Origin: Cyanophora paradoxa CCMP329
Lineage: Eukaryota; Plantae; Glaucophyta
Reading direction: 5' to 3'
Assembly: GCA_004431415.1 (NCBI GenBank)
Contig: QPMI01000160.1
Coordinates: forward strand, 62,001-126,000
Length of the DNA: 64,000 bases
Of this stretch, positions 56,790 through 64,000 are shown in pieces. Positions within the stretch are counted from its first letter, which is position 1. Every line of letters starts with the position of its first letter. The position numbers and the translations under genes are program-made. The notes under the pieces are model-generated. The model saw nothing but the letters and a program-made list of their open reading frames with translations. It made no database searches and was not told the origin of the DNA.

Positions 56790-57330
56790 GCCTGGCCCGG
56801 CGGCCCCGGCCATGGCCATGGCGGCCAGCGACGCCGGTGGCCACTGGCGGGCCGTGCCACGGTGGACCGTGGGCCGTGGCCCCTGGGCCCTGCGGCCCCT
56901 GCGCCGGGCCTGCAGCTGCGGCCTCTGCCAGCTGCCATCATTGTGCCCGCGGCCCGCGGGCCGCGGGCCGCGGCCGTGGCCATGGCCCGTGGCCCGTGGG
57001 CCGTGGCCCGTGGCCATGGGCCGGCGCCGGCGTGGGCCCTGGCCCGGGCGGCCCCTGGCCCGGCGCCGGGCCGGCGGCCATGGGCCGTGCACGGTGCACG
57101 ACGGCTGCACGTCGACGCCTGGCCGCGTCGTGGGAGACGGTGGGAGTCGTGGGACTCGTGGCCCAGTGGCCCTGGCAGTGGGATACTCGTGGGCCGTCAC
57201 GGCGTGGCCAATGGCCATGCCATGATGGCCGGGTGGCCCTCGAGCTCTCAGAGTCTCGCGCTCGCGATCGTGGGATTCGTGGACGCCGGGCCGCGGGGCC
57301 CGTGGGCCGTGGCCCGTGCCCCGTGGCGGC
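56790..57330. repeat. GC-rich degenerate CCGTGG/CCATGG tandem repeat
   Basis: GGCCCGTGG, GGCCGTGG and GGCCATGG units repeated many times. Confidence 0.7.
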
Positions 57331-59179
57331 CGGGCCGGCCAGCCGGCGCCTGGCAGCGGAGGAGGTCTCGTTCTCAGAGTCTACCGTAGTACTCGGCTAC
57401 GAGCCTACGAGCCTACGACAACACTGTGACAGCACGGCCGCGGTCTACCGCTGCGCATGCGGCGGCGCTGCCGCAGTGCCGCATGCGCAGTACTAGTACA
57501 TCACTGTACTACGGTACATGCAGCCCGCATGATGCGCAGTGCCGCTGCACTGCGGCAGCTGCCAGCCTGGCAGGCTGCAGCTGGGGCCCGATCGCGATTC
57601 AGCGTGCGAACCGTTGAACTGCCAGCCTGGCAGGCTGCCTCCAACGTACCGTACGTACGCATATCGATCTTCCTTTGGGACTGTACATATGCAGTGATAG
57701 CTAGTCCGGGCCGGGATCCTCGGGGATGAGATTTTGAGACTCCACTCGCGCGCTACATATTAATATTGGGACCGGAATTCGAACTTCCGAGCTCGAGTTC
57801 GGAAGCAGTACGCCGCACGCGTGGCCGGGCACGAGGTGGCGTTTGAATTCGAATTCAGCGCTCTCCGTTTGGAGGCTCGCTCGGCATCCAGCGGCGGCAC
57901 CTCACGCACGTGAGCCAGCTAGCGCTGAGCGGACTCTCCGGGACCGGAGGCCTGCAGCTAGCTATAGCTAAATATATATCGCGCCCTCTTCCCGCGGGAC
58001 TCATGGCCACGGCCAGCTGCAGCAGCCTGGATTCAATTGGCGGGCTGCGCATGCGCAACATACTTCAGACGAATTCAAGTAGGCTAATGCGGAAATCTGT
58101 GACTCTGCAAGCGGCCGGTGGAGCTCGCAGCTACAGGCAGCGCAAGATATCTGCTTTTTCCGATACATTTCGTTGCTTGCTTTCGCTGTCTTGCGTACTC
58201 CATGCTATTCCTTCTAGCCAGTCGCAAGGTGAGGCTCAACGCAAAGATGAAGCTCAAGCTTAGGCCAAACATGTTTAATTTAAGCGTCCTCGCCTCCGGC
58301 CCAATAATTTTATGTATCACGCGCGCGAGCTCGAGCTCTGAGCATGCATATGCCTGAATTCACTTCGTCTTTCGGTCTTTCGGATCAACAGGTTACTCTC
58401 GGTTGGTCGTGTCGGCCCCTCCCGCGGATTCCTTCCTTCTTGGTGGCATCATCACCCCCGATCCACGCGGCGTGACTTGCGGTATGTAGATGGTCATGGA
58501 ATCTAATATACGTGTACAATAGACGCCGAGAAACTGTGCCTTATCATTTTGAGTCTTCAGATCAGGGTCAGTCTGCCGCGGATCCGATTTTCCGAGGTCC
58601 GGATCGATATCCATTCCGTATCGGCATCATTTCAAATTTGCAAATTTGATTGCAGATGTTGACCCAAGCGGAACGGCGGAGTGCGAGCTGCACTGGATGT
58701 GTGGAGACCCGGCTTTCTGCGGCAGCATCCAGCTCGCTCTGATTGGCGGGCCTAATCTGTACACGCGCGACGCTCGACTTTCCCCGGGTACGTTGATCAT
58801 GAGCGGCTCCGCGAATGACTAGCACCGTACATGTCTTTCTTCACATTCGCCACACCGCGCATGCATCCATTGTAATTATAATCGAACTTATCATGCATGG
58901 AATGTAGGGGATTACGACGTCCGTCCAGTTCGTGTCCAGGTTGTGGATTCAGACCCTGCGTTTCCGGTACGCTAGCGCTGAGGCTCTTTTTTGAAGATCG
59001 ATATCTACAAATATCTTGATGTGATATATAATGATATACTGATCCATGCGCGCGCAATGCTGCCGTGTCCTGTAATCCATTTTTGAATACTCAGGGGATC
59101 GTCTACCACGTCTACCGGTACGATTACCCTGCCTCGAAGCGACCGACGCACTATTTATATATCTTCGGCTTCCGTTCAG

Positions 59180-62100
59180 ATTTACCGTCAATCACACTTC
59201 CGCTCTCAACTTTTCACTGGGCTTGACGCGCGACTTCGCGGTCCTCCATCAACAGGAAGCCACGCCGCAGAACCCGTCTCCGGGCCTCAACCTCGCTACC
59301 ATGAAAGGAGTGGACTTCAACTTTACGCTGCATTTCTACCCCGGCGGCAGTAACGCAAACATCGACAACATCCGGCTGCTAGGCGCCTCCGCGGTTGCCG
59401 GTCCGTAATCGGACACTGATCATGAGACACTGAGACATGCTCGAGCATGCTCTTGATTACTTTTCTTTCGAATTCCACTGAACTTACGGCACGGTTTGCT
59501 TTTTACAGACGTAATCGATCCCTCAAGGCTCGATTCGCTCCCCTCGGTTTGCCGCTTCATGATCATGATCAGGTGTCCTTGTCAATTCGTTCTGATTCGA
59601 GCACGCCCTCCTTTTCTAGGTAAGAGTGTTCAACTCAAGCAACTCCGGACCCTACCACTTGTACATCGGCGCCAGTACGTCTGCATGTATAGCGAACATG
59701 CAGTGGAGCTTGCAAATGCAATTTTCGTAAAGGTTTGTGATTTAATTTATGCAGATCGAACCAGCAATGGGAACATCACCTACTCGTCGGCAATGCTCTC
59801 CATCGATCGCGAAAGCGCTCTTTCCGAGTTCCGCGTCAAGCACCGGCCGCTCAGGCTCCAGTCCGACGGCCAGCCTTACGCGTTCCAGTACGCGAAGGGA
59901 ACGGACTACAGCCGAACGTGCGCCTACAGACTGAGTCTGAGATTAGATATGCAAATCAAATATTAATCGAAGAATTCGAACCCCTGCACGCTCAGGTCGG
60001 GCCCGTGGTACAACGTCACCCAGGTCTTTCTTGCGAATCCGGACTTCGCCTCGGACGGGTACGCGAAGCTTAAGCTTAAGTATAGCTTGCTCTGATCTTA
60101 AGCGTTGTAATATTAATTATTACGCGTACAACATCGAATTCAATACTGTTGACTATAGCTTGCTCTGATCTTAAGCTTTATTATACGTACAATATCGAAT
60201 TTATTTAACTTAGTAATACTGTTCTCGATCGCGCACAGATTCGAGTTTGCGATTGAGACGCGGAGTGGAAACCAGAAGATCGCGAACTTGTACACCGTAC
60301 ACGTCCTTCCTCTGCTTATCGCCGAAGTGGAGATGCGGGCCTTCACGCCGGTCCTGGTCGCCGAGCATCTCGCGTACCCTTTCTCGATCTCTTCTACCGC
60401 GGAATACTTCCGCGTGTGGATGAAAGTCAACTCTGGCGCCCAGAGCACCTGGACGGCACTAAAGAGTTCAGACGGTAACTACCTCTGGACGCACTCCAAA
60501 GGCTTCAAGCAGTACGACTTTGTGTACAAAGCATCGTACGGGGTACGCACTGTGCACATTCGCCGAGCTACCGGTCCGGTTGACGCAACATTAATCGATA
60601 TCGCCTCCAAACACAGTTCGGGACCAGAACAATCATAGTGGATCTCCTGCTGCCCTCCGTGCGCGATATGCCCTTTGACTTCGAGCTCAGATCGCCTTCG
60701 CTAACGACGCGAGGTAAAACGCGTGGCAAATCGAAACGCAGGCACTTTATCCCAGGCAAGTCGCCAACGAGCTACGCGAGCTCGCGTTCATCCCCTTCGC
60801 TAAGTGAGAATGCTCGCGCAGTGTCCAAGCAATCGTGAAGGGCTACGACTCCACTGCCTGGACTTCGGATGAACGCCCCATGCGCATCCTCAAGTGGGGG
60901 GGCGCAGGGCTGAACCTCCACGTGAGTCCAGGCAGCGCTACGTTCGACCTGCAAGATTTCGCAGGTGCTCACTCTAAACCTTCAATCACTTTCAGTTGCC
61001 GTCACTGGAAAGCAGCTTTTAACGTACGTTTGCAACCAGTTACGGTCGTCAAGCCGGCTGAATCGACGGCGGTCGTCGCGGATTTGTTGGCGAACGTATA
61101 TGTGAACACTCCGACAGGCGCCGCTGGAGTCCGATTCATCGGCCTCTCGTCTTCATCGGCCTTCTCAGTTCCAGTCACCGTGGAGATAAGGTTTTCGAGT
61201 CGGGTAGACAAGGTTTACCCGGCGTACTTGCTAGGGACGTTTGAGATGTATGTCATTGACGCTTTGGGGGACTGTCGGGGGGAGCCATCGCCTTGGAACA
61301 ACACCGGCGTGAGTGATTCCTGCTCTAGCTGCTCGCGATCGGCCGGCAGGCACCATATGCATTGGAGCCGCGGCTGACTGGATTATGTTTAATGCAGTTT
61401 GCTTACTGCGAGGTGAGGCCGGCTTCGACAACAGCAGCAGATGTACTCCCGTCTGATGCCATGTAATCCCACCCTCCCCGCCGCGGCGCGCATTTCTCGC
61501 CGCAGCGCAGTGTCTAACGTTGACGTCCGCGCAGAGTCAGCACAGAGACTCCGGGGCTGGGGTACTTTGCAGCTCCAGTTTACATCCCCTCCTTGCGCGC
61601 CTACCGATGGTACTACGTTGGCACGGCTGGAGGATATGCGTCATTGAAAATCAGTTGGGCTCCTGGCCGCCTCCACCTCAGCCAGCCGAGCAACGCCATC
61701 GCCAAGACGAACTCTTCCGTTCCCATTTTGAAGGGCATCCTCAGCTGCCCTGAGCGTTTAGCGCGGAATGCATACGGCCCTTGCACCCTCAAGGCGGACA
61801 GCACCGCGACCGTCCTGGAAGCGAAGATGTTTGCTCCTGAGAAGCTTTGGCCAGGCGCCAGCTTTCAGGCGGTTTCTGGCGCTGTTGGCACCTTCAGCTT
61901 CTTTGCGAACGAGAACGAGGCACGCATGCGCAATACCATCGAAAGCAAGCGCATCTGCTTGAAATGCGCTTATCACGTTTCCTATTGTTTTTCCGGCAGC
62001 TCCAATCGGGAATGACGGAGAATGTCAAGGTGCACTGGGCCGACTACTGGGCTTCCAGTTACGGCATCGAGGGCGAGTTGAATCCTGCGGCGCGGACTTC

Positions 62101-64000
62101 TGTGAAGGCGTGTTCTTTATTCCGACGACAGTTCATCTGCACTGCTTTTCGTTCACAATTAGAGTCGCGCAGATCGTGGATGTGGACACTTCTGCAAGCT
62201 ATTGTGCCCTCGCTTTGGATCCTACTGGCGTTTCCTTTACGATGGTCGGACTTTTGCACTGAACATTGCGCAGTTTGAATAATACCAACTATCCATCCGT
62301 TTGTACGCAGCGAGGAATGTGCTCTCTCATTTCGGCGCGCGACAAGACGGGTCTGAGAGGCCCCCTTGGAAAAGGCGATTTCAGCTACAACGGAACTTTC
62401 CCCTTCCAGTACCGGACCTACGCTGAGCCCTCGCTGTCGGTTGGAAACACCTCGGTTCGCGTACCCACGTCGCCATATATATAATATATAAAACTGGTTT
62501 AATTTAATTATATTTGGCTCTGCTTCTCCAGTACGACGTCGTCATCGAGTCGCGGAGCGACTTTGAGCCTGGCTGGTCGGTGAATTTCTTCTGGACCGCT
62601 GCGGCTGGAACGCACCCAGACCCGCTGATACCGGTGTTCACGGCCCTTTTCCCCGAGGTGCGCATCACGTACTCGCATCGACCACGTCGTTATAATTACT
62701 GTGCATCGCTTGCGCTACGTTCACACGACCGGACGCGCACGCAGTTTAGGCAAGCATATATGGGATGTAACTTCGCTGCGCTCTCAATACCAGGCGTACG
62801 CGAGCCCTTTCCCCGCGGTCGAGCGCGCCCGCGACACTGTACATGTGGCACTCTTGACTTGCGGTCGCCCGTGCGTACCACAGACTGGCAACCCCACTTT
62901 CGGGTGCTCCGTCTGGTCGAACCCAGCGAGTCCGGTCGACATCTCCAGCTTACCGGCGCTGAATGTGGAGCCGGCTGGAGCCGGCTCGGCATCGGCCACC
63001 GCAGTGAAAACCTGCTCAACGGACTGCCCAAACACCGCCGACGATTCGACGTTCTTCTGCTCGGGCCCTTGCTCTTCCGGCGCTGCACAGTTCCTGTCAT
63101 TCGCGTTCACTCCCACTCGCGCGGCGGACGTCTCGAGCACGGGAGGGGCCCTGCTTCGCATCTTGTACGACTTCAACGTGATCCGCTACTGGGATAATAC
63201 CCCAGCATCAATGGCGAGCGTCCTGATTTCCTTCCTCCGTGCGCATGCTTTGATTTAATGATCAGTAATAACATATAGTGCTGCCAAGCTTACGCCTACG
63301 CGTACGACTTTTGCGCTGTACACTCGCACGCGCAGGAGTTCAACTCAGTTGCAACACAATGAGGCAAGCCGTCGTTGTTTCACTGATTGTTCTCATTTTC
63401 CTGTTGCATGATACTGAGCCGTTCGTACTGGATCGGAGCAGAATTCACGCCAACGGAAGCGCGACCTGCACATTGACGCGGACTGCCGATTCGTGCGTGT
63501 TCCAATTCGCGGGATAGTCAGCAATTACGCTGACGTCGACTTTAAACTCTGACTGAATTTAAATTGTACGCGCAGCGGTCCAATTCCGCAAGACGCCGCG
63601 GGTCTCTTCACGATAACGTCGGCAGATACGGCGGCGCTCACCGTAGGCCCCCTCACCGTTGCCGCAGACGGATCGAAGGTCAGAGTCTCTATGTCAGGCG
63701 AAGCAGAAAGCATTTTCTGAAGCTTCGCTGCAGGCTGAGTTCAAAATTACTGCGGAGAATCTCGCTTCTTACACAACCGGACGGTCAGTGTCGATTTCCT
63801 ACGCCGCGGCTATCGGAGGGGGGGATGTCGTCGGCTCGCCCCTCTCCTTCGACATCATCGTCTCGACTATTTCCTGTGCGACGACGTCGCTCGTTCTGCT
63901 AGCCGAAGACCCCATGCACTCCGAGTGCACCAGCAGCCCGTCCGGTGGCACGCCCGCCATCACAGTCGCCGACATGGACGCTGCAGTGGGCAAGCAACCC
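59180..64000 (+). CDS. Multi-exon host gene, uncharacterised beta-rich, probably extracellular protein (partial)
   Basis: Successive plus-strand exons with protein-like composition (FNFTLHFYPGG, EYFRVWMKVNSG, WYYVGTAGG, VHWADYWASSYG) bounded by GT..AG. Confidence 0.55.

Noticed and set aside
45750-57500. Numerous long overlapping Arg/Pro/Gly-rich ORFs
   Set aside because: Stop-poor artefacts of very high GC; only frames with recognisable motifs were kept.

Overview
The window has two parts. Positions 1-22402 are an AT-richer, intron-less endogenous Polinton-like virus (PLV/Maverick-type) whose left end lies outside the window. Its virion module has a >1600-aa phage-style fibre ORF (missed by the ORF track because it runs off the window), a patatin-discoidin fusion, two penton-like proteins, a major capsid protein and an A32-type packaging ATPase. 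A ~1 kb palindromic repeat region follows. The replication/integration module has a D5/P4-family primase-helicase, an HNH-AP2 nuclease, a protein-primed PolB with a degenerate exonuclease and an rve integrase. Two inverted, iteron-bearing palindromes bracket this module; their core (GTTCACC) matches the phage P4 alpha-protein iteron. The element ends in a 27-bp perfect hairpin and CT-3' and appears to interrupt an exon of a host gene. A 4.35 kb tandem duplication (19059-23412 repeated at 23444-27795) copies the element's right end plus host flank and has a templated-insertion junction. The rest is GC-rich, intron-dense eukaryotic (probably protist) DNA: large surface-protein exons (LamG and Cys-rich GCC2/GCC3-type repeats), a MITE, a DUF4062-NACHT-TPR gene, a PB1-ZZ (p62/NBR1-like) gene and a partial uncharacterised gene. 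Host exon boundaries are approximate. All domain calls come from motif recognition by eye, not database searches.
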